A model generated the notes under the pieces. It did no database searches. It was given only the letters and a program-made list of their open reading frames with translations, and was not told where the DNA came from. From Terriglobia bacterium (lineage in GTDB: Bacteria > Acidobacteriota > Terriglobia > 20CM-2-55-15), in the NCBI GenBank assembly GCA_965198265.1, contig CBDAPB010000036.1, forward strand, positions 481,431-545,430: 64,000 bases of DNA, written 5' to 3'. The position numbers and the translations under genes are program-made. Below, piece by piece: positions 8,832 to 18,400 of the stretch; the first letter of the stretch is position 1; each line of letters starts with the position of its first letter.

Positions 8832-11800
8832 TCAATTCGGCTCTCCTGGAGAATACGTGCTGGCAATCGGATGTCCCGGAGACAGCGTAAGGACCTTCCG
8901 GTACCATTCCTCGGCCTCGTCTGGATTTCCGGATTGCCGCAACGCCTCGGCGACTCCGAGAAAGCCCTGGACATTCTCCGGATCGATGTCGATTGCACGT
9001 TCGAACTGGTCCAGCGCCTCGGTGTGGCGGCCACGCTCGACTAGGAAGAGGCCGTAGTTGTTGAGCGAAATCGCGTCGGATGGATCCGCATCGATGACGT
9101 CGCGAAACTCGGCCCCAGCCCGGTCATGCTGGAAGGTTAACGAATAGAGGACGGCGAGCAGGTTGCGGGCGCGCATGTTACCCGGATCGATTTCGATAGA
9201 CCGGCCTATGATTTCGATCGCCTCATCGTAGAGGCCCTGGTATTGCCGCATGGTCGCAAGATGGAACAGTCCCCGAGCATCGTCAGGCTCGAGGGCCAGC
9301 AGGCGGTCGAGTACTCCGGCGAGCTCAAGGCTGCCCTCCGAGGCAAGCACGTCCGAGAGTTGCACCAGTACCTCGACGTTTCCCGGGTCATTCTCGAGGA
9401 CTCTCTCCAGCAATTCCACCGCGCGGCGGTGTTCCTGCCCGAGCACGTAGTGTTCGGCCGCCGCCGACAGGACCTCAGGCTCCGGGTAATCGTCGACCAT
9501 GTCTTCGACGAAGGTCGTCACTCGATCACGGGTTCGGCCCCGCCCGGTCTGAATGAGCCCACTCCAGGCTTCCTCGTCCTTGGGGTCCAACTCCAAGGCA
9601 AGCTGGAACTGATCGGTGGCCAGTTCGTAGCTTCCGGCGAAGAGCAGCATCTCGCCCTTGCGGCGGTGGTTCGCCGCCGTGGGTGCTGCCTTGACGCGTT
9701 CGACAAAGGACGGCGTCGGCATCCGAGGCTCCACGGCATGGACCGCCTGCAGATTCTCGTCGGTCGTGTTCGCATACATGAACTGAGGGGACCGAAATTC
9801 CAGGACGGGAAAATCATCCGTGTTCATCACCGCGTCGCCCGCGAACCGGTCGAGATCGTCATCGGCGATCATGAACATCGAAAGGATGCTGTACAAGTCC
9901 TGCACGTCAACACCTTCAAGATCGGACCGTACCCGTTCGTAGTTGGCGCGGACGACGGCTTCGGAGACCTCGATCGGCGAAGGAGAACCGAGCAGCAGGA
10001 AGTCGCTGTCGTTGAGTGCCCACAGTGAGGCGTGGGGAAAGGCCGATCGGAAGGACCGAACGATCGTTCGCAGGTCCTCTGTCGACATATTGTAGCTATG
10101 CACCCACTGGCAATGGATCCCATGCTGCGACAGTCGCTCGCGCACTTCTTCGAAGAACTCGCGGGTGAAAAGCGAAGCCATTCCCGACATCCAGGGGTTG
10201 GAAGGCTCAGAGATACTGACGTCGTACACCGTGGTCGTGTAGCGTAGATGATTTCGACCATCCCCGATGATCAACTCGACGCGAGGGTCCTCCAGGGCAC
10301 GATGGTTCACATGCTCGAAGAAGCGTGAGGCCTCGATCACCTCGGGCGAGATCTCGATGACGTCCAGCTTCTCGATCGGATGCTGGAGCGCCGCTCCCGC
10401 GGTAACTCCACTCCCAAAGCCGATGTTGGCGACACTACCCGCTTGGTCGCTGAGAAGCAGCGGTAGATGGCCCAGCATTTTCTGCGTCAGCATGTCTCCG
10501 GAATCGGTCGCATCTACCTTCCCATCCACGGCGAGCGTCGTGCTACCGCCATTGCGCTTGACCGACACTGTCGTCGTTGTGCCCTCCCTGAAATACAGAA
10601 GGTCGCCGCTCTTCAGGACGGATTCCAGGTCGAGGTTCGAAGCGTAGTAGGGTGCGTATTTGTAGGCGCCCGACGCCATCAACTCGGGATCCCAGCGCGG
10701 CATCAACCAGATAGCCGGAATCAGGGCCAGAACGGTAACCGTACCCGCCAAAGCTGTCCGCGGAATCACTGGTTTCTCTGCCGACAACGTCAGAGCCACC
10801 CCGACCAGCACGCTCAACGCCGCCGCCAGAACGAGCGTGTACTGGGTTCCGATCGCGGGCACGAGCAGAAAACCGGCCGCGAGGGACCCAAGGATGCCGC
10901 CCGCAGTGTTGAATGCGTAGACGGCGGACACTTCCGTGCCGAGCAGAGAATCTGACCGGGCATAAAGCTTCGACGCAATCGGAAACGTCATCCCGAGTAG
11001 CGTCGTCGGGACCAGCATGATCGCGAAGAAGAGCAGAAACTCCGCAGCCTGGATGGCCCTGAAGGATTCCACGTACCGGGTGACGAGCCCGCCTATCCAG
11101 ACCGGCAGCTCACCGAACAGGGGTACCAGGGCGAGAGAAGAGAAGCCAACCCCGATCTCGATCCAACCAAACCCACCGACTGTCGTCTCCCCGCGCGCGG
11201 TCCATTTGGAACCGAGCCAGGCCCCCAGTCCCAGGCCGGCGATCATGGCCGCCAGCATCAGCGTAAATGCGTATGTGGTCGGCCCGACGATCAGACTGAG
11301 GACGCGAGTCCATGCGACTTCGTTGGCGAGCGCCGCGAGACCGGAAAGGAGCATCGCAAACAGAACGATCCTCGGTCCCGCAAGAGCCGGGCCGGGATCT
11401 TCTCCCGTCGTCGATGGCGCATCGGCCGACCGTGCCAGGCGCCACGACACTCCTGCGATCAGCAAGTTAAGTACGGCCGCAAACGCCAGAGCAGCCCAGA
11501 CCCCAAAGGTCGGTATGAGCAGGAATCCAGCCGCAACCGTGCCCAATGCCGCCCCCCACGTGTTCGCCGTGTAGACCCGGCCGGCATGCAGTCCGATGGT
11601 CTCGATGTTCTCGGTGTAGTAGCGGATCAGGATGGGCAGGGTCCCGCCCATCAGGGTCGCCGGAACGATCAGGAGGGTGAACGAAACCAGCAGCCGGCCA
11701 AGGCTCAGCAGCGCGAACGAATCGTAGGCCGATCCGTAGAGAGCACCAAACACAGGATCGGCGAGGCCGAGCATCAGGGGCAGTAGAAGGTTGTAGATAC

Positions 11801-12044
11801 CGATGCCGGCTTCGAGAGCCGCATACGTTTTCACCAGCGGAACGGGCCGTGTGTCGATCAACCGGCCGAACAGGCGGCTCCCCAGGGCGAGGCCCGCCAT
11901 GAAGACGGCCAGCACGACGCTGACGGAAAAGACGGTGTTACCGATGATGGGTGTGAATAGACGAACCCAGACGATCTGGTAGATCAGGCCGCAGGCGCCG
12001 GAAACGAAGAATAGGAGCAAGAAAATGGAGGACCGCCGGTTCAC
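8832..12044 (-). CDS. Fused MFS-like membrane domain / spermidine-synthase-like SAM-binding domain with C-terminal TPRs
   Basis: SGACGLIYQIVW and many TM helices; IGFGSGVT, VIEIS, GDGRNHL, ISEPSNPW; TPR-like repeats in the last ~270 aa. Confidence 0.88.
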   Translation of the reverse strand: MNRRSSIFLLLFFVSGACGLIYQIVWVRLFTPIIGNTVFSVSVVLAVFMAGLALGSRLFGRLIDTRPVPLVKTYAALEAGIGIYNLLLPLMLGLADPVFGALYGSAYDSFALLSLGRLLVSFTLLIVPATLMGGTLPILIRYYTENIETIGLHAGRVYTANTWGAALGTVAAGFLLIPTFGVWAALAFAAVLNLLIAGVSWRLARSADAPSTTGEDPGPALAGPRIVLFAMLLSGLAALANEVAWTRVLSLIVGPTTYAFTLMLAAMIAGLGLGAWLGSKWTARGETTVGGFGWIEIGVGFSSLALVPLFGELPVWIGGLVTRYVESFRAIQAAEFLLFFAIMLVPTTLLGMTFPIASKLYARSDSLLGTEVSAVYAFNTAGGILGSLAAGFLLVPAIGTQYTLVLAAALSVLVGVALTLSAEKPVIPRTALAGTVTVLALIPAIWLMPRWDPELMASGAYKYAPYYASNLDLESVLKSGDLLYFREGTTTTVSVKRNGGSTTLAVDGKVDATDSGDMLTQKMLGHLPLLLSDQAGSVANIGFGSGVTAGAALQHPIEKLDVIEISPEVIEASRFFEHVNHRALEDPRVELIIGDGRNHLRYTTTVYDVSISEPSNPWMSGMASLFTREFFEEVRERLSQHGIHCQWVHSYNMSTEDLRTIVRSFRSAFPHASLWALNDSDFLLLGSPSPIEVSEAVVRANYERVRSDLEGVDVQDLYSILSMFMIADDDLDRFAGDAVMNTDDFPVLEFRSPQFMYANTTDENLQAVHAVEPRMPTPSFVERVKAAPTAANHRRKGEMLLFAGSYELATDQFQLALELDPKDEEAWSGLIQTGRGRTRDRVTTFVEDMVDDYPEPEVLSAAAEHYVLGQEHRRAVELLERVLENDPGNVEVLVQLSDVLASEGSLELAGVLDRLLALEPDDARGLFHLATMRQYQGLYDEAIEIIGRSIEIDPGNMRARNLLAVLYSLTFQHDRAGAEFRDVIDADPSDAISLNNYGLFLVERGRHTEALDQFERAIDIDPENVQGFLGVAEALRQSGNPDEAEEWYRKVLTLSPGHPIASTYSPGEPN

Positions 12045-12472
12045 GGTACAAGTCTAAGGGACATGGCTCCAAGGATTGATCCTTTTGTTTTTCGGAAATC
12101 ATCTGAACAGAGGAATCCGCGGACGTATTCGCCAAACGCGATCATTCCGACTGCAGGCTTCCCTTTCTTGCTCGCTACCCCTTTGCTGATCGCCTCCGCC
12201 CAGCGCGATGGCTCGACGAACACTCTTTGTGCACTTACCGAATCCGGCCTGTCAGTCCTTCCTTGAATGGTGGGTGAAAATTGGTTGCTGTCAAGGTTGG
12301 TTCCACGTAACATCCACGTAACATAAAGACAGGTACCTGGCACGTACAAGTACCGAGTTAGGTGGTTAACAGCCACGTCCACAGGATTTCGGAATGTGGT
12401 TCCCGTGGAGTGGACGGTGGATGCATCCGGCTTGCTCATGTGTGGATGGGTACATTTAAAATGGAGGCAAAT

Positions 12473-15355
12473 GTGAACAAGAGCAGACTGAGCATGACGC
12501 TGGGGGTCCTGTTGCTCGTTTTCTTGGTGTCCGCTCCCGCTTTCTCGCAGGTCACGACGGGAGTAGTCACCGGTCGAGCCCAGGATACTTCCGGCGCCCT
12601 GATACCGGGCGTTGAGGTTACGGTCTCGAGCCCGGCGATGATCATCGGCGGCGGTTCGCGGCTGGTCATCACCAACGAACAGGGCAGCTATCGCGTGACA
12701 CAGCTTCCCGCGCCCGCTGTATACACGGTTACATTTTCACTTCCCGGCTTCCGCACCCTCAACATCGAGGGTGTGAACGTGGCCGGCGGAGCGACGATGA
12801 CGATCAACGGCACACTGGAAGTCGCGACGGTCGCCGAAACGATAACGGTCGTCAGCGAGGCACCGACGATCGACCTGGAAGAAGCAACGACCGTGGTCAA
12901 CTGGGGCCAGAAGCTGATGGACGAGCTGCCGTACGGCCGCAGCATCCGTGCCTTGAGCCGGCTGATTCCCGGCTTTAACCTCACCCACTTCGACGTGGGC
13001 GGGAACACGGCCGGCGGGTCGGCCAGCTTCGGTGCGGAGCTGTACGGTCGCCGGGGCGGCGACGAGATCAACTACGAAGGCATGAACTGGGGATCGACCT
13101 TCGGCGACTACGGAACGTACAGCGAGATCCAGTTCGAGACCTCGGCCAAGGGCGCGGAAGCCCGAACGCCGGGAGTCAACGCCAACCACATCATCAAGTC
13201 GGGCAGCAACGAGCTGCACGGCAACATCATGGCGGCCATTCAGGACGACAGCTTTCAGAGCGACAACATCAACCAGTCGCTGCTGGACCGCGGCCTGAGG
13301 CCATCGGACAACTCTTTCATCCGTTACCACGACCTCAACGGCGATGTCGGCGGTCCGATCATCGAGGACAAGTTCTGGTTCTACTACGCGCACGGCAACA
13401 TGTTCACGTCGACGAACGTTCCGGGCTTCGACTACCCGGACACGGGAGAGCTGCAGCCCTACACGACGCGGCTGGACTTCACAACGTCGAAGTGGACTTT
13501 CCAGTTGACGAACAACCAGAAACTGGAAGCGTCCCACCAGTTCAGCCGGAAGGACACGCCCTGGCGCGGCGCGGCCACCCAGTTGCACCCGTTGGCCAGC
13601 CAGCATCAGCTGTCGTGGTCCGGAATCGGTCCGACCCTGAAGTGGACCTACATCATCAGCCCGACGATGACGCTCGATGCGGCGATTCAGCGTGGCGGGT
13701 ACTGGTGGCCGTCGACCTCGCACACGAACGACATCCGGCGGGTCGACCGGAACAGCGGCTTCACCGACGGCCATTGGGGCACGGTCTACCGGCGGCCGAT
13801 CCGGTGGCAGTGGCCGGTCAACTTCAGCTGGTTCACGAACGCGGGCCAGGTCAGCAACGAGATCAAGGTCGGCTACATGTCCTGGTGGCAGACTCGGACC
13901 ACCCACACCGAGGGGTGGCCGAACCAGCAGATCTACCAGTATGAGTCCACGGACGCGGAAGCGGACGCTGGGATCTTCTTCAACAATCCGGACCGGGTGG
14001 AAATCTACGACTACCCGAACACGGAGCGGTACCAGAACTTCTACGACACCGTGTTCTTCAACGACAAGATCACGGTGAACCGCAATCTGACGATGAACTT
14101 GGGCCTGCGTTACGAGCGGTACGGTTCGTCACTGCCCCGGCAGGGTAGAATTACCGTCGGACCCTTCTCGTCAGGTGTCACGTATGAGGCCCGGGATCGG
14201 GGCGAGTTTCCGTCCTACACCTCCATCGTGCCTCGCGTGTCCGTGATCTACGACATCACGGGTGAGGGAACACTGGCCCTGAAGTTCAGCTACGGCAAAT
14301 ACGCCAGCGAGAATCGCGACGCGCGGAGGGTCAACCCGAACTCACGGACTCGGTGGCGGTACGAGTGGGACGGCACGATTCCCTTCGTGCCGGACAACGG
14401 TCCGGACGGGATCTTCGGGAACTCCGATGACCCCCAGCTGCAGTCGATCTCGGGCGGTGGTGGTCTTGCTTCGGTGCGGGACCTGGACCCGAACCTGGAC
14501 AACCTGACCATGGACGAGTTCACGGCCGGCATCGAGATGGCGCTCGGCACGAACTACGTCCTACGGGCCACCGCGATCCGCAAGCAGGACAAGGGCGGGT
14601 ACAAGACCGTCAACCGGGCGCTGCCTTACGAAGCGTTCACCGACGTCCGATATGGAGTCGACATCGGCCGGGATAACCTCGCCGGCACTGCCGACGATCG
14701 GCAGATCGAGATCTGGTCCGTGCCGCGGTCCCACCCGGGGTTCGGTAAGGTCGACGAGATCTTCCAGAACTTCGACGAGAATGAGGGCCGAGACATGTAC
14801 ACGGCCTTCGACTTTGCGTTCAGCAGGAGGTACGCGGAGGGCTACACCTTCACCGTGAACCACACGAGCAGCTTTGCGAAGCGGCGGGATGCGGACCCAC
14901 AAAACCCGAACCAGCTGCTTTACACCTTCGCGAACCAGTTCCCGGAGTGGGATCACGTCTTCAAGGTCAACGGCGTGTATGACCTGCCGTTCGGGATGCA
15001 TTATTCGACGACGCTGAATATGCAGTCTGGCGCGTACTACAACCGGACGACGCGGCTCCGGGACGCCCAGCGCCGGAATCAGACCGTCGAGGTCGAAGGC
15101 CAGGTCGGCCGCTACGACACGGTTCGGCTCTGGGATAACCGGATCTCAAAGACGTTCCAGCTCAACGACCGGCATTCGATCGAAGCGATGTTCGACCTGT
15201 ACAACACACTGAACTCCGCAGCGGTGATCCGGCACGAGAACCGCAACGGCAGGAACTACCTGAAGCCGTTGGCGACGAGAGGGATCGATGCGGCTGCGGC
15301 ATCGCCGATCCTGTCTCCGCGCATCTTCCGTCTCGGAATGCGCTGGAGGTTCTAA
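12473..15355 (+). CDS. TonB-dependent receptor (Oar-like, N-terminal carboxypeptidase-regulatory-like domain), paralog 1
   Basis: GTG after GGAGG; signal peptide; DTSGALIPGVEVTV; IKSGSNELHG; GGPIIEDKFWF; C-terminal RLGMRWRF. Confidence 0.9.
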   Translation: MNKSRLSMTLGVLLLVFLVSAPAFSQVTTGVVTGRAQDTSGALIPGVEVTVSSPAMIIGGGSRLVITNEQGSYRVTQLPAPAVYTVTFSLPGFRTLNIEGVNVAGGATMTINGTLEVATVAETITVVSEAPTIDLEEATTVVNWGQKLMDELPYGRSIRALSRLIPGFNLTHFDVGGNTAGGSASFGAELYGRRGGDEINYEGMNWGSTFGDYGTYSEIQFETSAKGAEARTPGVNANHIIKSGSNELHGNIMAAIQDDSFQSDNINQSLLDRGLRPSDNSFIRYHDLNGDVGGPIIEDKFWFYYAHGNMFTSTNVPGFDYPDTGELQPYTTRLDFTTSKWTFQLTNNQKLEASHQFSRKDTPWRGAATQLHPLASQHQLSWSGIGPTLKWTYIISPTMTLDAAIQRGGYWWPSTSHTNDIRRVDRNSGFTDGHWGTVYRRPIRWQWPVNFSWFTNAGQVSNEIKVGYMSWWQTRTTHTEGWPNQQIYQYESTDAEADAGIFFNNPDRVEIYDYPNTERYQNFYDTVFFNDKITVNRNLTMNLGLRYERYGSSLPRQGRITVGPFSSGVTYEARDRGEFPSYTSIVPRVSVIYDITGEGTLALKFSYGKYASENRDARRVNPNSRTRWRYEWDGTIPFVPDNGPDGIFGNSDDPQLQSISGGGGLASVRDLDPNLDNLTMDEFTAGIEMALGTNYVLRATAIRKQDKGGYKTVNRALPYEAFTDVRYGVDIGRDNLAGTADDRQIEIWSVPRSHPGFGKVDEIFQNFDENEGRDMYTAFDFAFSRRYAEGYTFTVNHTSSFAKRRDADPQNPNQLLYTFANQFPEWDHVFKVNGVYDLPFGMHYSTTLNMQSGAYYNRTTRLRDAQRRNQTVEVEGQVGRYDTVRLWDNRISKTFQLNDRHSIEAMFDLYNTLNSAAVIRHENRNGRNYLKPLATRGIDAAAASPILSPRIFRLGMRWRF

Positions 15356-15422
15356 GACAGCACTGAGCGGGTGGGAAACCCGCTTCCGGTAAAGGGCGGT
15401 CCCTTTGTGGGCCGCCCTTCTT
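15356..15422 (+). terminator. Double hairpin 3' of receptor 1 (GCGGGT/ACCCGC stem plus terminator-like stem)
   Basis: GCGGGTGGGAAACCCGC then AAGGGCGGTCCC-TTTGT-GGGCCGCCCTT. Confidence 0.7.
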
Positions 15423-15485
15423 ACATCTCGCGAGTAAGTCTGTGTTGACGAGACACATCCGGCGGTAGACGACTCTCAACTCCCT

Positions 15486-15762
15486 TTAGCAGCCCGTGGC
15501 AGAACTCTGCAGGGCCGCGTTACGGCCAAACGGGGCCGGATTCTAGGAGGCGAGGACGAAATAATGCTCATTCATTGAGAGGAGTCGCCGACAACGAAGA
15601 CGGCCCCGTTTCGCCGTAACCCGAAGGGCGCAGGGGGGTTCGGGCCGCAGGCTTTGTCGTTCGTCGGTCACGATGAATGATCATCGCTCCGCTCCTCTCT
15701 TCGCGCCTGCAACCCGAAGACCCCTGCGCGCGACCCTGCAGAGTTTTGCCACGGGCTGCTAG
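15486..15762 (+). mobile_element. ~277-bp MITE, family B (different TIRs, core related to family A)
   Basis: TTAGCAGCCCGTGGCAGAACTCTGCAGGGCCGCG ... CGCGACCCTGCAGAGTTTTGCCACGGGCTGCTAG; shares GGATTCTAGGAG, TTCATTG, GAAGACGG, GATGAA and CATCGCT with family A. Confidence 0.82.
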
Positions 15763-15858
15763 GGAAGGAGCCCACAATCGGGCTCCTTATTCTTTTGGCC
15801 TGATGAATACGGCAAGATCAACGCCGCTCGATCATGGCCGCGCATTGGAGGATCAGGA

Positions 15859-16791
15859 ATGGACTCTATGACTGAGAAAGTGTGTCGAGGGATGGAACAG
15901 TCCCGAATGATCGACCGGCGGCAGTTCGTGCAGGGCGGTCTGGGGCTCGCAGCTGCTGCAGCCGCAGTTTCGATGCCAACCGAGGCGGGGGCCGCTCAAC
16001 AGGGCCTCAAGACGACCTGGGTGAGCCACTACACTTATGTTGCTCCCGACATGAAAGAGACTCGAGATTGGTATCACGAGGTGTTCGGGATGCAGATGGG
16101 CTACGAGGATCGAAACGAGGCCCATCTCTGGTACGGCGATACCGGCGGGGACACGTTGATGATCGTCCGCCAGGCCCGCGCCGGCGAGAATGCGCCGGGC
16201 CTGGAACGCTTTGCCTTCATGGTGGACCCCTGGGACGGGAACACCGTCCAGGCCGCTTTCCGACGCATGGGGGTCGAGGCAAAGGCCGACACCGATCACA
16301 AGGGTTTCTGGTTCAACGATCCGGACGGAAACGAAGTCGGTGTCTTTGCCAAGGACTACGCCGAGAGACCGACGGCTTCCCCCGCCCGGCCCCAGGTGTG
16401 GCAGGCGCTGAGCGCCAACCACATCGTCGTGACCTCGAACGACTACCGCAAGCTGGGAGACTGGTATGGGGAACTGCTCGACCTGAGAGAGACCAGCGAC
16501 GCCGGCCGGGATGTCTACCAGTGGTTTGGCGATTCGGTCTGGATCCCCACCGCCGTTCGCGAGGGGCGACAGACGTCGGCAGTTCTCAAGTCACTCGACC
16601 ACGTTGCGTACACGATCGCGGACTACGTCTCGGCTGACGTGGAAGCCGAGTTGAAACGGCGCAGGATGATCGAGCCCGACGCGGACGTTACGGGAAGCCT
16701 CGGTATCAATTGCGTCGACGTCAACGGCTTCAAGACCCAGGTGTGTGATGCAATCCTGGTCCCGAATTCGGAGCGTCGGCGGAGCGCCTAG
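15859..16791 (+). CDS. Tat-exported VOC/glyoxalase-superfamily protein (tandem domains)
   Basis: DRRQFVQGG Tat motif; VSHYTYVAPD...WYHEVFG; FNDPDGNEV; ANHIVV; LDHVAYTI; CVDVNGFKTQ. Confidence 0.85.
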   Translation: MDSMTEKVCRGMEQSRMIDRRQFVQGGLGLAAAAAAVSMPTEAGAAQQGLKTTWVSHYTYVAPDMKETRDWYHEVFGMQMGYEDRNEAHLWYGDTGGDTLMIVRQARAGENAPGLERFAFMVDPWDGNTVQAAFRRMGVEAKADTDHKGFWFNDPDGNEVGVFAKDYAERPTASPARPQVWQALSANHIVVTSNDYRKLGDWYGELLDLRETSDAGRDVYQWFGDSVWIPTAVREGRQTSAVLKSLDHVAYTIADYVSADVEAELKRRRMIEPDADVTGSLGINCVDVNGFKTQVCDAILVPNSERRRSA

Positions 16792-16977
16792 AGATCTAGA
16801 GATCGGGGACGGAGACCGAATTCGCAAAACCGAGGAGATCTAGAGATCGGGGACGGAGACCGAATTACCCGGGCCATTAAGTCGTTCGTTTTAGGTTCCC
16901 TCGAATTCGGTCTCCGTCCCCGATCTCAATCCTCAGGCGAATTCGGTCTCCGTCCCCGAATTCCACGGAATTCCACG
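16788..16977. repeat. Cluster of four GGGGACGGAGACCGAATT repeats (two direct, two inverted)
   Basis: Direct copies 16791-16822 and 16835-16866; inverted copies 16903-16927 and 16937-16959; short tandems CTAGAGAT x2 and GAATTCCACG x2 at the ends. Confidence 0.9.
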
Positions 16978-16997
16978 TGTCAGGTGCAAGGGGGCCC

Positions 16998-17987
16998 ATG
17001 ATTCGATTCGGCAGAACTTTCGTGTTCCTTGTTCTCGTGGGGCTGGCCGCCAGGCCGGCCGCCGCGCGTCCCGAGTTCCTGATGCTCTTCCAGGAGGACC
17101 CGTTCCGGAACCCGAGCGTCGACGGTTGCGCGACCTGTCATGTGAACCCGGAGGGCGGAGGGCCGCGAAATGAATTCGGGCAAGCGTTTGCCGCGAACGA
17201 GTTTGTCATCACGCCGATGCTGCGGTCGAATTACCCGGACCGGTTTGATTTCACCACCGCGCAGATACCCAACGGCGGCACGTTGCACTTCTCCGAACCG
17301 ACTGCCCAATCCGTCGTCTATGAGAAGGATGAGCAGAAGTACCTCATCGACCTGGCAGCGATCGCCGAGGGGCGGCTGGTGGAAAGCGAGGAAGAGCCGG
17401 ACCCGGGGCCTAGACACCCGGTCGGCAACTTCAGCTTCTTCATCACCAGCGTGGGACCCGGCAACGGAGGCAACCTCGGTGCGCTCGCAGGGGCAGATCG
17501 GCACTGTCAGGAGCTGGCCTCCGCTGTGGATGCCGGACACAAGACCTGGCGCGCCTATCTCAGTACCAGCTTCGACGGAGAGCCTGTCCTGCATGCCGGT
17601 GACCGGATAGGAAGCGGTCCCTGGTATAACGCGAAAGGAATAATGGTCGCCCGAGGTGTGGCCGACCTACACGGGTCCCACAGCCGCTTGAGCAAGGAAA
17701 CCGCACTCAACGAGACAGGTGAGGTCGTCAACGGGCGGGGTGACGACCCGAACCGCCACGATATCCTGACCGGCACGATGCCGGACGGCACCTCTGCCGT
17801 CGGGATGAACTGCGACAACTGGACCAGCGGTAGCGAGGGTGCGGCCCTGCTCGGCCATTTCGACCGCGAAGGCGGCGGGGACAACCCGACTTCCTGGAAC
17901 TCGGCTCACGCTTCCCGAAGCTGCTCTCAGGAGGACTTGCGCGCCACGGGCGGGGACGGCCTTCTCTACTGTTTCGCGATCAACTGA
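16998..17987 (+). CDS. Secreted protein: N-terminal CxxCH domain fused to an endostatin/C-type-lectin-like domain
   Basis: Signal peptide; CATCH; GNLGALAGADRHCQ, TWRAYLS, DRIGSGPW, HDILTG, LLYCFA. Confidence 0.75.
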   Translation: MIRFGRTFVFLVLVGLAARPAAARPEFLMLFQEDPFRNPSVDGCATCHVNPEGGGPRNEFGQAFAANEFVITPMLRSNYPDRFDFTTAQIPNGGTLHFSEPTAQSVVYEKDEQKYLIDLAAIAEGRLVESEEEPDPGPRHPVGNFSFFITSVGPGNGGNLGALAGADRHCQELASAVDAGHKTWRAYLSTSFDGEPVLHAGDRIGSGPWYNAKGIMVARGVADLHGSHSRLSKETALNETGEVVNGRGDDPNRHDILTGTMPDGTSAVGMNCDNWTSGSEGAALLGHFDREGGGDNPTSWNSAHASRSCSQEDLRATGGDGLLYCFAIN

Positions 17988-18400
17988 ATTCTTGCCTGCT
18001 CACAACGCGTGAAAACGGGGGCTACGGAACAGGCTCCGTTTAGACACGCCAGTTCCAGAGGATCGCCCCGTCACGCAGCCGTTATATATCAATGGTTATA
18101 CTATTTAGCTACTCTTTAGAAGTAACTCAATATATGTCTGGGGAGTAGTTACCCTGCCTTGAGCGCTCTGCTAGCATACCCACGGTTTATTGTAGCCACG
18201 CAAGGAGCCGGCCCAGCTCCAGGCCGCTGGACCGAACCCAGTGGAAGCCCCCGTAGCGCACGCCTGAGTAGAGTCGCAGATCGCCAGCGCGAACAAACCG
18301 TTCCTGAGATGGAACCCGACCCGAAATACGACGTTCGGGCAAAGAATGTCGGTTCGTAATGATACGGAAGAGGCATCAGATCGAGCCATGTGGAGGGTCT

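Noticed and set aside
12041-12439. 132-aa minus-strand ORF in the divergent intergenic region
   Set aside because: No recognisable motif or RBS; overlaps the expected promoter region
16788-16977. 32-bp repeats as a mini-CRISPR
   Set aside because: 12-nt spacer, mixed orientations, no cas genes
18159-18359. Small ORF or leader peptide upstream of receptor 2
   Set aside because: Weak TTG start, no motif, no counterpart upstream of paralog 1
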